A stretch of DNA of 64,000 nt from assembly GCA_034521815.1 (NCBI GenBank), contig JAXHLW010000013.1, positions 192,001-256,000 of the forward strand, given 5' to 3'. The translations under genes and the position numbers were made by a program. Positions 46,592-58,058 of the stretch are shown here, piece by piece (positions within the stretch are counted from its first letter, which is position 1; every line of letters starts with the position of its first letter). Origin of the DNA: Trueperaceae bacterium (GTDB lineage: Bacteria; Deinococcota; Deinococci; Deinococcales; Trueperaceae). The notes below the pieces were generated by a model. The model did no database searches. It was not told the DNA's origin and was given only the letters and a program-made list of their open reading frames with translations.

Positions 46592-47613
46592 GCCGCGCGT
46601 CCCTCGGGCGTCAGCTCGCCACGGAGATCGGTCGTGATCAAAGCCCGCACCGCCGCCGGCTCGCGTTCCCTCGACAGCAGCCAGATCAGCTTCGCCAGGG
46701 CGGCCTCGGCGGTCATGTCGCCGCCCGGGACCACGCCGGACGCGGCCAGCGCCGAACCGGTGGCGTAGTCGCCCATGCGGACGCCTCCGCGCAGGCACTG
46801 CGTGACGGCCGTGATCACCACCCCGCGATCGTGCGCCTCGGCCAGCACCTCGAGCAGGGCGGGGTCGCGCGGCGCGTTGCCCGCGCCGTACGTCTCGAGC
46901 ACCATCCCCTCGACCGGGTCGCGCAACACGTTGCGAAGCGTCTCGGCGCCGATCCCGGGAAACAGGCGCAGCGCCAGGACCTGCACGTCGCGCAGCCGGG
47001 TGGTGCGCAGAGGGCCGGGGCCGGCGGGTCGCAGGCGGTCGGTGGCCAGCTCGATCGTCACGCCCGCCCGGCCGATCGGTGCGGCGTCGGGACTCTCGAA
47101 CGCGTCGAAGCCCGAGGTCGAGACCTTCGTCGCCCGCACGCCCCGCAGAAGCCGGCCGCCCGCGTAGACGCCGACCTCGGCCAGCTCCGGGCGGGTCGCG
47201 AGCAGCAGCGAGGTGATCAGGTTCTCGCGCGCGTCGCTTCGCGCTTCCGCCAGCGGAATCTGCGCGCCGGTGAGAATCACCGGCCGGTCCAGGTCCTCGA
47301 GCAGGAACGCCAGCGCCGAGGCGGTGTACGCCATCGTGTCGGTGCCGTGAAGCACCACGAAGCCGTCGACGCCGGCCTGCTCCTCGACGAGCGTGTCGGC
47401 GACGCGTTGCCAGTCGGACGGTCGCGTGTCGGAGCTGTCCAACAGCGGGGCGTGCTCGACCAGGCGAAAGCTGGGAAGCTCGGGGCGTCCGAGCGCGTCG
47501 ATCCCGGCGAGCAGCCGCTCGAGATGCCCCGCCTCGGGAGCGTAGCCGTTCGGTCCGCGGCGCATGCCGAGCGTGCCACCGGTGTGGAGCAGCAGGACGT
47601 GGGGTCGGGCCAT
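46588..47613 (-). CDS. ansA: Type I L-asparaginase
   Basis: HTGGTLGM, HGTDTMAYTAS, TGAQIP, DMTAEAALAKL. Confidence 0.93.
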   Translation of the reverse strand: MARPHVLLLHTGGTLGMRRGPNGYAPEAGHLERLLAGIDALGRPELPSFRLVEHAPLLDSSDTRPSDWQRVADTLVEEQAGVDGFVVLHGTDTMAYTASALAFLLEDLDRPVILTGAQIPLAEARSDARENLITSLLLATRPELAEVGVYAGGRLLRGVRATKVSTSGFDAFESPDAAPIGRAGVTIELATDRLRPAGPGPLRTTRLRDVQVLALRLFPGIGAETLRNVLRDPVEGMVLETYGAGNAPRDPALLEVLAEAHDRGVVITAVTQCLRGGVRMGDYATGSALAASGVVPGGDMTAEAALAKLIWLLSREREPAAVRALITTDLRGELTPEGRAA

Positions 47614-47641
47614 GACGCCAGCGTACCGCCCTGCCGCGCCG

Positions 47642-48190
47642 TCAGCGGATGCCGGGAGGCACCTGGGTCGGCGGCGGCTCGGGCAGGTTGCGCGGCATGG
47701 GCACGCCCTCGAGCCGCTTCATCACGCCGTTCTCGTTGCAGCCCACGAAGAACGGGCAGCGCAGGCACTCCGACCACACCCGGGGGTGCAGCTCGCGGGT
47801 CTTGTCGATCAGGGTGAAGCCGCACGCCTCGAAGAAGCCCACTTCGTACGTCCAGGCGAACAGGACCGGCACGCCGATCCGCCGCGCCTCGGCCTCGCAG
47901 GCGGCCACCAGCGCCCGGCCCACGCCGCGTGCCCGGACGTCCTTCGCGACCGCCAAGCCGCGCACCTCGGCGATGTCGCCCCACAGCAGGTGCAGCGCGC
48001 CGTTGCCGGCGAAGGTGACGGTCCCGTCGTCGTCCACCACCTCGGCGACGAAGAAGTCGCGAAGGTTCTCGAAGATGTTCTGCATCGGCCGGACCAGCAT
48101 CCGGCTCTGCGACGCCCAGTAGCCGATGTTCTCGAAGATCGCCGGAACGTCCTCGGCGGTGGCGTGCCGGACCCGGACGTCGCCGCTCAC
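47642..48190 (-). CDS. GNAT N-acetyltransferase, short ArgA-like
   Basis: AEVRGLAV, RGVGRALV, VWSECLRCPFFVGCNE; follows argH. Confidence 0.85.
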   Translation of the reverse strand: MSGDVRVRHATAEDVPAIFENIGYWASQSRMLVRPMQNIFENLRDFFVAEVVDDDGTVTFAGNGALHLLWGDIAEVRGLAVAKDVRARGVGRALVAACEAEARRIGVPVLFAWTYEVGFFEACGFTLIDKTRELHPRVWSECLRCPFFVGCNENGVMKRLEGVPMPRNLPEPPPTQVPPGIR

Positions 48191-49617
48191 CGCGGGCCGA
48201 CCGCGGCGCCGGCCTCGTCGCCGTCGACCTGGTCGGCGTCCAGCTCTCCTCGGAGCGCCTCGATCCGCTCGCGAACGCGGCTGGGCGCCGTCCCGCCCCA
48301 GCTGGTGCGCCCCGACACGACCGTCTCGAGCGCCAGCGCGTCGTACACGTCCGCCTCGATCCGCTCGTCCAGCGTCCGCATCTCGGCCAAGGGGAGCGCC
48401 TCGAGCGGCACGCCCCGCTCCAGCGCGGTGGCGACCATGCGGCCGACGACCTCGTGCGCGTCCCGGAACGGCAGCCCCTTCTTGGCGAGGTAGTCCGCCA
48501 GATCGGTCGCGTTGGAGTACGCCCCCGCTGCGGCGGCGCGCATGCGCTCTTCGTGCACCTCGAGCCGCGGGATCATCTCCGCCTGCAAGGTCAGGCAGGC
48601 GCGCAGCGTGGCGACGGCGTCGAACGCACCCTCCTTGTCCTCCTGCATGTCCTTGTTGTACGCCAGGGGAAGGCCCTTCATCACCGTCAGCAAGCCCATC
48701 AGCGCGCCGTAGACGCGGCCGGTCTTGCCGCGGATCAGCTCCGAGACGTCCGGGTTCTTCTTCTGCGGCATGATCGAGCTTCCCGTCGTGTGGCTGTCGG
48801 GAAGCGTGACGAAGCCGAACTCCTGCGACGACCAGAGGATCAGCTCCTCCGACATGCGGGACAGGTGCATCATCGCGATCGCCGCGGCCGAGAGGAACTC
48901 GAGCGCGAAGTCGCGATCGCTCACGGCGTCCAGCGAGTTCTCGGCCGGGCGGGCGAATCCCAGCAGCGAGGCGGTCCGGTGCCGGTCGATCGGGAAGGTC
49001 GTGCCCGCCAGGGCGCCCGCGCCCAGCGGCGAGACGTCCATCCGCGCGAGCGCGTCGCGCAGGCGGCCCTCGTCGCGCGCGAACATCTCCTGCCACGCCA
49101 GCAGGTGGTGCGAGAACAGGACGGGCTGGGCGACCTGGAGGTGGGTGTAGCCGGGCAGGATCACGCCCAGGTGCCGCTCGGCGGCGTCCACCAGGACCAC
49201 GCGGTTGCGGCGGACCAGGCGCAGCAGGACGCGCAGGTGCCGCCTGAGCCAGAGGCGGAAGTCCGTCGCGACCTGGTCGTTGCGGCTGCGGGCGGTGTGG
49301 AGCTTGCCGCCCACCGATCCCAGCCGCTCGGTGAGGGCCGACTCGAGGTTCATGTGGACGTCCTCGAGCGCCACGCTCCAGTCGAAGCGGTCCGCCTCGA
49401 CGTCGTCGCGAAGCTCCCCTAAGCCCCTCACCAGCGCCTCGGCCTCGTCGGGCGCGACGATTCCCGTCTCGCCCAACATCGTGGCGTGCGCGATCGAGCC
49501 TTCGAGATCGTCGAGCGCCATGGCGCGGTCGACGTCGATCGAGGCGTTGAACGCCTGCACCAGCAGGTCGGTGTCCTCCGCGAACCGTCCGCCCCACATC
49601 CGTTTCGGCACGCTCAC
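48187..49617 (-). CDS. argH: Argininosuccinate lyase
   Basis: MWGGRF, HTARSRNDQ, GYTHLQ, TGSSIMPQKKNPD. Confidence 0.97.
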   Translation of the reverse strand: MSVPKRMWGGRFAEDTDLLVQAFNASIDVDRAMALDDLEGSIAHATMLGETGIVAPDEAEALVRGLGELRDDVEADRFDWSVALEDVHMNLESALTERLGSVGGKLHTARSRNDQVATDFRLWLRRHLRVLLRLVRRNRVVLVDAAERHLGVILPGYTHLQVAQPVLFSHHLLAWQEMFARDEGRLRDALARMDVSPLGAGALAGTTFPIDRHRTASLLGFARPAENSLDAVSDRDFALEFLSAAAIAMMHLSRMSEELILWSSQEFGFVTLPDSHTTGSSIMPQKKNPDVSELIRGKTGRVYGALMGLLTVMKGLPLAYNKDMQEDKEGAFDAVATLRACLTLQAEMIPRLEVHEERMRAAAAGAYSNATDLADYLAKKGLPFRDAHEVVGRMVATALERGVPLEALPLAEMRTLDERIEADVYDALALETVVSGRTSWGGTAPSRVRERIEALRGELDADQVDGDEAGAAVGPR

Positions 49618-50116
49618 GGCGCCGATCCGGGCTGACGCTGCCAGGTGCCGCCCACGCGTTTGGCCAGCTTCACGACGTCGCCGTCGCGCGACTCCTCGCG
49701 GTAGCCGAGGCGCTCGTAGTAGGGAAGCAGGTCGGGCTGGCGCAAGGTGAGGCGCAGCGTCGGGACGTTGCGCTTGATCGCCAGCGCTTCGAGCTTCGTC
49801 ATCAGCCAGCGGCCGAAGCCCTGTCCCCGGGCCTCGGGCAGCGTGGCGATGCGGTCGACGTCCCAGCCGTCCTGGCCCCAGCGCCAGCGCACGGCGCACT
49901 GCGGACGCCCCTCGGCGTTCTCGAGCAGAACCGCGCCGCCGTGCTCCAGCCAGTCGCGCATTCCGGCGGCGTCCTCGAGGGGCGCGTCCACGTCGTCCGC
50001 CTCGCGGCCGGTCCGCCACAGGCCGGCGAGCGGCTCGGCGTCCGCGGCGGCGGCCCAGCGCAACCGTGCCGCGTCGTAGGCGCGTCCGGAGCCGAGGTCG
50101 CCGGCACCGGCCGGGG

Positions 50117-50120
<4 letters not shown>
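49614..50120 (-). CDS. GNAT N-acetyltransferase
   Basis: [22 protein letters not shown]; overlaps argG and argH by 4 nt. Confidence 0.85.
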
Positions 50121-51334
<1,214 letters not shown>

Positions 51335-51404
51335 GGTTCCTCCATCACGAAGACGGCCCACGGACCCGTGGTCACGCAGACGACGGCGCCCGTGGGGAAC
51401 GGGG

Positions 51405-51449
51405 TCAGCGGCGTCGGGCGCGGAGCGGGGTGTGAGCCGGTAGGTTCAT
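51405..51449 (-). CDS. Putative arginine leader peptide
   Basis: [14 protein letters not shown], ending 70 nt upstream of argG. Confidence 0.55.
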   Translation of the reverse strand: MNLPAHTPLRARRR

Positions 51450-51462
51450 CGAAAAAGGGTCC

Positions 51463-51476
51463 TGCAAGCGTATGCA
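51463..51476. promoter_or_regulatory. Putative ARG box overlapping a -10 element
   Basis: TGCAAGCGTATGCA dyad (TGCA-N6-TGCA) upstream of the arg operon; contains TACGCT on the minus strand. Confidence 0.55.
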
Positions 51477-51522
51477 AGCAGCGCGATAACGTTGCGCAAT
51501 GTAGCACCGGACTCGGGAGCGG

Positions 51523-52428
51523 TCAAGAGAGATCGGACCCCGCCAGCGGCGTTCTCCTGGGCCCCCTGGGGCGGATCCCGGACGCCGCGGCGCAGCCCAG
51601 CACCAACGCCGCCCCCGCCAGCCCCCAGGCGCCCAGCCGCTCGCCGTACAGCGCCCAGGCCAGCGCGCCGGCGACCAGCGGCTCGACCGTCGCGACCAGC
51701 ACGGCGCGCGACGCGGTCGCGCGCCGCAGCCCCAGGCCGTAGAGCAGGTAGGCGAGGTAGGTCGAGACGATCGCGGCGCCGGCCAGCAACGCCCAGGCCA
51801 GCGGCGGCTTGGCTCCCCACGTCACGAACGGCGCGATCCCGGCCGCGCCCAGCGGCAGCGCCAGTCCGTACAGCTGGACGGGCGCCTGCCGCACCAGCAG
51901 CCGCTTGCCCAACAGGTAGTAGCTCGCGTAGCCGAGCCCGGCGGCCAGCCCCCAGCCGATCGCCGCCGCCGAGGCGGTCACGCCCTCGCCGCGCGCCGAT
52001 GAGACCAGCGCCACGCCCACGACCGAGCCGCCGACCAACAGCCACTGACGCCGTCCCGGTCGCTCTCCCAGCACCGGACCCGCCAGCAGGGTCACCCACG
52101 CCGGTGCGGTGTACAGCAGCACGAACGCCAGGCTGATCCCGCCCAGATCGATCGCGCGGATCAGCGCGACGTAGAAAAGGCTCACGCCGACCGCGGCGAA
52201 GGCGACCGTCGCGAGACCGTTTCGCCACGGGAGCCGCACCAGCCGCCGAGCGGCGAGGGCGTGCGCCAGGAAGGCGCTTCCGCCGAACAGGGCCCGCCAG
52301 AACGCGATCTCGACCGCGCCGACCCCGAGGTCGAGCAGCCCGGCGGTGAACACGCCCAGCAGGCCCCACAGAATCGCGGCGGCCAGCACCAGCGCCAGGC
52401 CGATCGACTCGGCTCGGTCCTCGTTCAC
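51523..52428 (-). CDS. EamA/DMT family transporter
   Basis: About ten TM helices; LLYTAPAWV, TVEPLVA, LYGERL. Confidence 0.9.
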   Translation of the reverse strand: MNEDRAESIGLALVLAAAILWGLLGVFTAGLLDLGVGAVEIAFWRALFGGSAFLAHALAARRLVRLPWRNGLATVAFAAVGVSLFYVALIRAIDLGGISLAFVLLYTAPAWVTLLAGPVLGERPGRRQWLLVGGSVVGVALVSSARGEGVTASAAAIGWGLAAGLGYASYYLLGKRLLVRQAPVQLYGLALPLGAAGIAPFVTWGAKPPLAWALLAGAAIVSTYLAYLLYGLGLRRATASRAVLVATVEPLVAGALAWALYGERLGAWGLAGAALVLGCAAASGIRPRGPRRTPLAGSDLS

Positions 52429-54743
52429 GCCTCGGACGTGGGGTCCCGCCTCGTCTCACGTTTCAGGTCGGCGGTCGCGTCGCGCTTCACCACGATCGGC
52501 TGAAGGCCGTACGACCTCGCCAGCTCCGGCCGCTGCTCGCGAAGCAGCCGCATGCGGCGCCGATAGCTGGCCGTCTCGACGGCGAAGCCGATCAGGTTCA
52601 AGGCCCAGAACGCGACGAGCAGCCCCGTTCGGAGGGCGGGCGACAGGCCCAGCGCGCCCTCCCCGGTGCGCCACGCCACGACCGCGTCGGCGGCGACCAG
52701 GGACCAGGGCACGAGCAGCATGAGCCCCCACAGCTCGTCGGCGTGGCCGCTGCCGGGCACCAGCAGCGCGCCGACGTGATACCCCACCGTCCTCGGCGCG
52801 TCGCGGGCGACGCGAGGCCGGGGGATCGCCACGAACGCCACGAGCGCCACGAGAAGCGAGGCGTACGTGATCAGGACCGCCCACCACCCCCAGGCGGGCA
52901 ACGCGAGCGGACGCGCCGCAGGAAGCGCGGACCATGGAGAGGTGGCGGCCCCGGACAGAGCGGATCGCCAGTCGCCCGCCACCGCCAGCCGCAGCTCCAG
53001 CGGCGTGGGGACCGACCAGAGCGGCGCGTCCGGCGTCATCGTGGCGTGGAACGGCGAAGGATCGTCCGTCCGCCCCAGGAGGTGCCGAGCGACCGGCTCG
53101 CGCGGGTCCGCTCGCAGGGCGGCCTCGAGCAGCTCCTCGTCCCCGCCGGCAGCGACCGCCCGGTTGGTGAGCGCCGGCGCCAAGGCGCCCGCGGCGAGCC
53201 ACGCCTCGCGCGCGGCGTCCGGCTCGCCGCGTTGCGCATGCGAGAGCCCCTTCACCAGCGCGGCGTACGCCGTGTCCGGCAGGGCCTCGGTCGCCAGGAT
53301 GGCGGACGGACTCGCCAACGTTCCCGACCGGAGCGAGACGGGCACCTCGTCCATGCCCTGATGCCAGCCGGCCAGAACCGCCTGGAAGCCCGCCAGCGCC
53401 AGGATGGCGACCAGCACCAGCTTCTCCGTGGTGCTGGCGTAGCGCGGCACCCAGGCCCGCGTCAGCGGGCTGTCGGTCCTGCCACGCTCGCGCCGCTGAC
53501 GGCGCAACAGCGACTGCGCGCGCCACACCTTGGCCAGCAGCACCAGCCACAGCAGCGCGAACACGGTCAGCAGCGCAGCGACCCCGCTCCAGCCCAGGCG
53601 AGCCAGGGCCAGGGCGAGCCGGTCCACCCACGTCGTCAGTCCGGCGCTGTCCAGCTCGCGTGCACGCTCGCGCCAGGTCTCGGCCGCCTCGCGGTCGCCG
53701 GCCGCGCGCAGCTCGTCGGCCAGGCGGTGGAGCGTCTCGACGCTGGCGGGGGCCTCTTCCGCCGCGAGGCGCCAAGCGTACGGACCCAGCAGGCGCGCCG
53801 ACGCCAGATCACCGTCGTCGAGGGCACCTTCGAGCGCTCGATCGGGAAAGCCGTAGGCGTCGCGCAGTGCGCGGTCGGTCGCGAGGCGTGGATCGTAGCC
53901 GCGCTCGGCGAGGTCCTGAAGCCCGGCCTCGAGCAGCTCCGGCGCCCGCTCCGGCACGCCCGCCTCGATCAGCGCCAGCGCCACCCCCATCGACTCGAAG
54001 AACGGCAGGCGCGAGGCCGCCTCGACCGAGCGCTCGAACCACGAGGCCCGCGCAGACGCGTCGTCCACGGCGCCTGCGGCGTACAGGGCGGCCCACGGAT
54101 CGGTGGGGTCGCGCTCGGCCCGCGCGACGGGATCCTCGGCGGCGGCCGCGGCGCGACGAAGCGCGCCGAACGCCGCGACGTCCGGATCGAAGCGCACCGG
54201 CGCCTGCACGCGACCGTCCTCGACGGCGAGCGTTGCCGAGCTGCCGTCCCTCAGAGCGACGACGACGGACACGTCGTCGGGTCCGACCTCGAGCCGCTCC
54301 GCCGTGGCGGGAAGGGGCGAGCGCTGCACGATGGCGCCGTCGTCCGCGGCGAGGGTGATCAGGTACGGCCCCTGACCCACCAGGACTCGACCGTTTCGTC
54401 GGAGCGGGGTCGTCATGTCGCCGGCGAGCTCGCCCGGTGCCCAGGTCCAGCGCACCCCGTCCGCATCCCTGAGCACGAGGGCGCCGTCCTCCAGGGCCGC
54501 GGTCGGAGCGTCGACGGCGTCGTCCTCCGGCAGCGGACCGTTCTCCTGCGGCGTGGCCGAGGTGTCCGGCGACGTCTGGGGCGCCGGCTGGCGAGAGCTC
54601 GGATCGACCGGTCCAGGCTGGGCGAGCGCTCCGCTCAGAACCGCCGCGACCAGAACCGCAGCGGCCAGGAACGCGAGGCTCGCGCGGTCGGCGAGCCACC
54701 GAAGGGGTGCGAGGCGAACGGGGAAACGCAGAGACGGCGCCAT
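52425..54743 (-). CDS. Large membrane protein with extracytoplasmic helical domains
   Basis: Signal/TM segment, helical repeats, several TM segments; host-like codon bias. Confidence 0.8.
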   Translation of the reverse strand: MAPSLRFPVRLAPLRWLADRASLAFLAAAVLVAAVLSGALAQPGPVDPSSRQPAPQTSPDTSATPQENGPLPEDDAVDAPTAALEDGALVLRDADGVRWTWAPGELAGDMTTPLRRNGRVLVGQGPYLITLAADDGAIVQRSPLPATAERLEVGPDDVSVVVALRDGSSATLAVEDGRVQAPVRFDPDVAAFGALRRAAAAAEDPVARAERDPTDPWAALYAAGAVDDASARASWFERSVEAASRLPFFESMGVALALIEAGVPERAPELLEAGLQDLAERGYDPRLATDRALRDAYGFPDRALEGALDDGDLASARLLGPYAWRLAAEEAPASVETLHRLADELRAAGDREAAETWRERARELDSAGLTTWVDRLALALARLGWSGVAALLTVFALLWLVLLAKVWRAQSLLRRQRRERGRTDSPLTRAWVPRYASTTEKLVLVAILALAGFQAVLAGWHQGMDEVPVSLRSGTLASPSAILATEALPDTAYAALVKGLSHAQRGEPDAAREAWLAAGALAPALTNRAVAAGGDEELLEAALRADPREPVARHLLGRTDDPSPFHATMTPDAPLWSVPTPLELRLAVAGDWRSALSGAATSPWSALPAARPLALPAWGWWAVLITYASLLVALVAFVAIPRPRVARDAPRTVGYHVGALLVPGSGHADELWGLMLLVPWSLVAADAVVAWRTGEGALGLSPALRTGLLVAFWALNLIGFAVETASYRRRMRLLREQRPELARSYGLQPIVVKRDATADLKRETRRDPTSEA

Positions 54744-54834
54744 TCCTCACGGTACCGCACGGGCGCAGGCGGACCGTGGTCGGCTGGCCCTCCGCAGCCG
54801 AGCCCCGCCGAGGTCGACTGCTATACTCCGCTCG

Positions 54835-55683
54835 ATGTCCGACCGCTCCTGGTCCTCCTTGTCGGCGCCGTTTCCGTTGTCGAGCGTGCGCTGGCACGCC
54901 GTCGACCGAAGCCACGATGGACGCCTCGTCCGGCTGGCCCCGCACCTCGCCACCGACGCCCTCCGCGCTCGCTTGGACGAGGGGGCGGGGCCCGACGCCT
55001 GGTCGCTCACGCTCCGGGCCTGGGGCGACGACGCGTTGATCGCCGAGCTCGCGTTTCTCGGCGCCTCGGGCGCGAGCGTCTCCAGGGCGGTGGTGTCACG
55101 CGCGCTGAAGCTGCCCGCCCTGGCGGGAGCGGACGGCGTCGGATCGGTGAGCGCGGCGGACGCCACGACGGGCGCCGCCTGGACGGCGGCCGCAGCCGCG
55201 TTCGGCGCGACGGTGCCGATCGAGGTTCTCGACGACGGCTGGGTCGACGCCGACCCGGAGAGCGGCGAGGGCCTGCACCCGCCCGAGCACGGCGCGGCCA
55301 GCGAGGGGGTCGCGCCCCGCCAGGACGGCGCTTCTCGCCAGGACGGCGCGCGACGGGCGGCGCACGACGACGGTGCCGACGCGTCGCCGACACGACCGAC
55401 CTCTCCGCCGACAGCGCAGGGCGCATCGCAGGGGTCCGGCGCCAGCGGATCCGGCGGGACCGGATCCGGCGGGACCGGATCCGGCAGCGCCGAGATCGCC
55501 GACAAGCCGGACGGCCACCAGGTGATCGATCGCCTCGTCGAGCGCCTCCGCCAGGAAGGGCTTGGCGCCGACGCGGCCCGGCTCGTCACGAGCTACGGCG
55601 GCTACGGCGGCGACGCCGAGGCCAGCCGCGAGCTGTACGCGAAGCTCAGGGCCCTGCTGGTCCAACGGAGCGCCCGGCCGTGA
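54835..55683 (+). CDS. Rad52/Rad22-like (DdrA-related) protein, divergent
   Basis: LSAPFP...W, RLD...W, AAAFG..., WVDAD; C-terminal KPDGHQVIDRLVERL...RELYAKLR; TATACT 7 nt upstream. Confidence 0.65.
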   Translation: MSDRSWSSLSAPFPLSSVRWHAVDRSHDGRLVRLAPHLATDALRARLDEGAGPDAWSLTLRAWGDDALIAELAFLGASGASVSRAVVSRALKLPALAGADGVGSVSAADATTGAAWTAAAAAFGATVPIEVLDDGWVDADPESGEGLHPPEHGAASEGVAPRQDGASRQDGARRAAHDDGADASPTRPTSPPTAQGASQGSGASGSGGTGSGGTGSGSAEIADKPDGHQVIDRLVERLRQEGLGADAARLVTSYGGYGGDAEASRELYAKLRALLVQRSARP

Positions 55684-56429
55684 TCAAGGTCGTCGCGGTC
55701 GGAGACGTCCACGGCATGTGGGCCGAGCTGTGGCGCGTGCTCAAGGCGTCGGCTGCGGCCACGCCGCAGTACGAGCCCAGTCCGGCCGTCGTCGAGGGCC
55801 GGGTCCAAGTGGTGTGCGTGGGCGACCTGGTGCACTTCAAGGACGAGCGGGCGTACGCCAACGCCGTCGGCGTCGAGCCGTTCGATGCATCGAACCCCGA
55901 CCACCTGCGTCGCGCGGCGAAGGCCCAGATCCGAGAGCTGTACCGCTTCAAGCGGTTCGTCGAGGCCGCAGGCGGCAACGTCCAGATCGTCCTCGGGAAT
56001 CACGACGACGCGGCGATGCGGCACGAGTACGAGCTCAGCACACGCGGAGGCTTGCGCCACGTCGAGTTCGATCCGTCGCACGGAGGGCTGGCGTTGCCCG
56101 ACGATCTGGCCGAGTGGTTCGCGAGCTTCCCGAGGGACGTACGGTTCCACGGCGTTCAGTTCGCGCACGCCGGCCCGACGCCCGGTATGCAGCAGTTCGA
56201 CGATTTCTTCTATCACGACCCCGATACGAAGTCGTGGTGGTACGAGAAGCCGGAGCTCGTCAAGCTGTCGGGGCACCGCTTCGGGGTGTACGGCCACACC
56301 GTCATGACCGACGGGATCTACGTCGACCGCGAGCACGGCTTCGCCATGATCGACGCCCTGGCGCACCTGCAGTTCCTCGAGATGTTTCTCGACGACGATC
56401 GCTTGGACTACAGCATCAGTCGGATCTGA
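55680..56429 (+). CDS. Calcineurin-like metallophosphoesterase
   Basis: GDVHG, GDLVH, GNHD, HAG, GHT. Confidence 0.9.
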   Translation: MIKVVAVGDVHGMWAELWRVLKASAAATPQYEPSPAVVEGRVQVVCVGDLVHFKDERAYANAVGVEPFDASNPDHLRRAAKAQIRELYRFKRFVEAAGGNVQIVLGNHDDAAMRHEYELSTRGGLRHVEFDPSHGGLALPDDLAEWFASFPRDVRFHGVQFAHAGPTPGMQQFDDFFYHDPDTKSWWYEKPELVKLSGHRFGVYGHTVMTDGIYVDREHGFAMIDALAHLQFLEMFLDDDRLDYSISRI

Positions 56430-57110
56430 TCAGAGGGCGTAGCCGCCCTCGTCCGCGTCGCGAACCAGCTCCCCGCCTCGCAGCACCAGGGTGCGCCGGC
56501 GCAGCCGATCGACCAGGTCGCGCGAGTGGGTGGCGATCACGATCGTCGTGCCGCGAATGTTCAGGTCGCTGAGCAGCTCCAGAATCTCCCAGCTGGTGTC
56601 GGGGTCGAGGTTGCCGGTCGGCTCGTCGCAGAGCAGCAGGGGAGGGTTCGTCACCATCGCACGGGCGATCGCGACGCGTTGCTGTTCCCCCATCGACAGC
56701 TCGATCGGGAACGCCTTGCGCTTGTGGGCCAGACCGACTTGGCGGAGCACCTGCAGGGCGCGCTGGTCGAGGTTGCCGCGCGTGCCCGAGGCGCGCAGGG
56801 CGAAGGTCAGGTTCTCGATCGCGGACATGCTGGGCAACAGCGCGTGGTCTTGGAACACCATCCCGATCGCCCGACGCAGCAGCGGCAGCTTGCGCTCCGG
56901 CAGCCGGGCGAGATCCTGACTGCTGACGGTCACGCGACCTTCGCTGGGCACGATCCGGCGCAGCATCAACGACAGCAGCGTCGACTTGCCGGCGCCCGAA
57001 TGGCCCGTGATGTACACGAACTCGCCCTTGCGGATGCGGAAGTCGACGTCCCGCAACGCATGGGTGTGCGTTCGTGGGTACGTCTTCGTGACGTGTTCGA
57101 AACGGATCAC
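56430..57110 (-). CDS. ftsE: Cell division ATP-binding protein FtsE-like
   Basis: GHSGAGKST, RRAIGMVFQD, GEQQRVAIARA, DEPTGNLDP. Confidence 0.85.
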   Translation of the reverse strand: MIRFEHVTKTYPRTHTHALRDVDFRIRKGEFVYITGHSGAGKSTLLSLMLRRIVPSEGRVTVSSQDLARLPERKLPLLRRAIGMVFQDHALLPSMSAIENLTFALRASGTRGNLDQRALQVLRQVGLAHKRKAFPIELSMGEQQRVAIARAMVTNPPLLLCDEPTGNLDPDTSWEILELLSDLNIRGTTIVIATHSRDLVDRLRRRTLVLRGGELVRDADEGGYAL

Positions 57111-57119
57111 GAACGCATG

Positions 57120-58058
57120 CTACCGGCTGCCGCTGTACTCGGCCAGAGCCTGGTGCAGCCTTTCCCGCGCGGAGACGGCGTCGATCCTGACGAGGACCTC
57201 GGTGTTCGGCTCGCGCCTGCGCTCCAGGTCGCGCTGGTCGCACAGCGTCATGCCGCGCGTGTGCACGCCACGAAGCTCGACGGCGACGTGCAACGGCTCG
57301 CGCTCGAACAGCTCGGGATCGGTGAGGGCCAGGACGGCGCACGGGTCGTGCATCGGCGCCGAGGTTCGACCGGAGTGCCGTTGGTAGGAGTCCAGGAAGA
57401 AGCCCAGCAGCTCCGACGCGAACACGCCCACCTCGCTGCCCAGAGCGTGCAGCGCCTCGACCTCGTCGCGCCCCAGCCTGAACTGGTGGGTCAGATCGAG
57501 GCCGGCCATGACGATCCTCGCCCCGCTGCTGAACACGACGTCGGCCGCCTCGGGGTCGGCCAGGATGTTGAACTCGGCCGCTGCGGTGGTGTTGCCGTAC
57601 GTTCGCGAGCCGCCCATCAGGCTGATCCCCGCGATCCGGCGAGGCAGCTCCGGGTCGAGGCGCATCGCCAGCGCCACGTTCGTGAGCGGTCCCGTCGGGA
57701 CCAGCCACAGATCGTGATGCGCCTTGGCCGCCTCGACGATCGCGATCGCGGCCGGCGTCGGGTCGACGTCGCCACGGGGCGAGGGCAGCACCGGCCCGTC
57801 CAGCCCGCTGTCGCCGTGGATGTCGGGGGCGTGGAGCGGCTGGCCGACCAGCGGCCCGGCCGCTCCACGGTGCACCGGCACGTCGAGGCCGGCGAGGTCG
57901 CGAACGATCAGGGCGTTGCGGGTCGTGGACGCGATGCCGACGTTGCCCGAGACGGTCGAGATCGCGACCAGCTCGCAGGTGCGCGCGGCGAACAGCAGCG
58001 CGAACGCGTCGTCGTGCCCGGGATCGCAGTCGATCAGGACGCGCGGACGAGCGCTCAC
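57120..58058 (-). CDS. Nucleoside hydrolase (IU-NH family)
   Basis: [39 protein letters not shown]. Confidence 0.95.
   Translation of the reverse strand: MSARPRVLIDCDPGHDDAFALLFAARTCELVAISTVSGNVGIASTTRNALIVRDLAGLDVPVHRGAAGPLVGQPLHAPDIHGDSGLDGPVLPSPRGDVDPTPAAIAIVEAAKAHHDLWLVPTGPLTNVALAMRLDPELPRRIAGISLMGGSRTYGNTTAAAEFNILADPEAADVVFSSGARIVMAGLDLTHQFRLGRDEVEALHALGSEVGVFASELLGFFLDSYQRHSGRTSAPMHDPCAVLALTDPELFEREPLHVAVELRGVHTRGMTLCDQRDLERRREPNTEVLVRIDAVSARERLHQALAEYSGSR

Noticed and set aside
52743-55679. 1228-aa ORF (52743-56429) as one giant protein
   Set aside because: Only the last ~250 aa (phosphoesterase) are protein-like; the rest is an antisense or off-frame shadow of real genes
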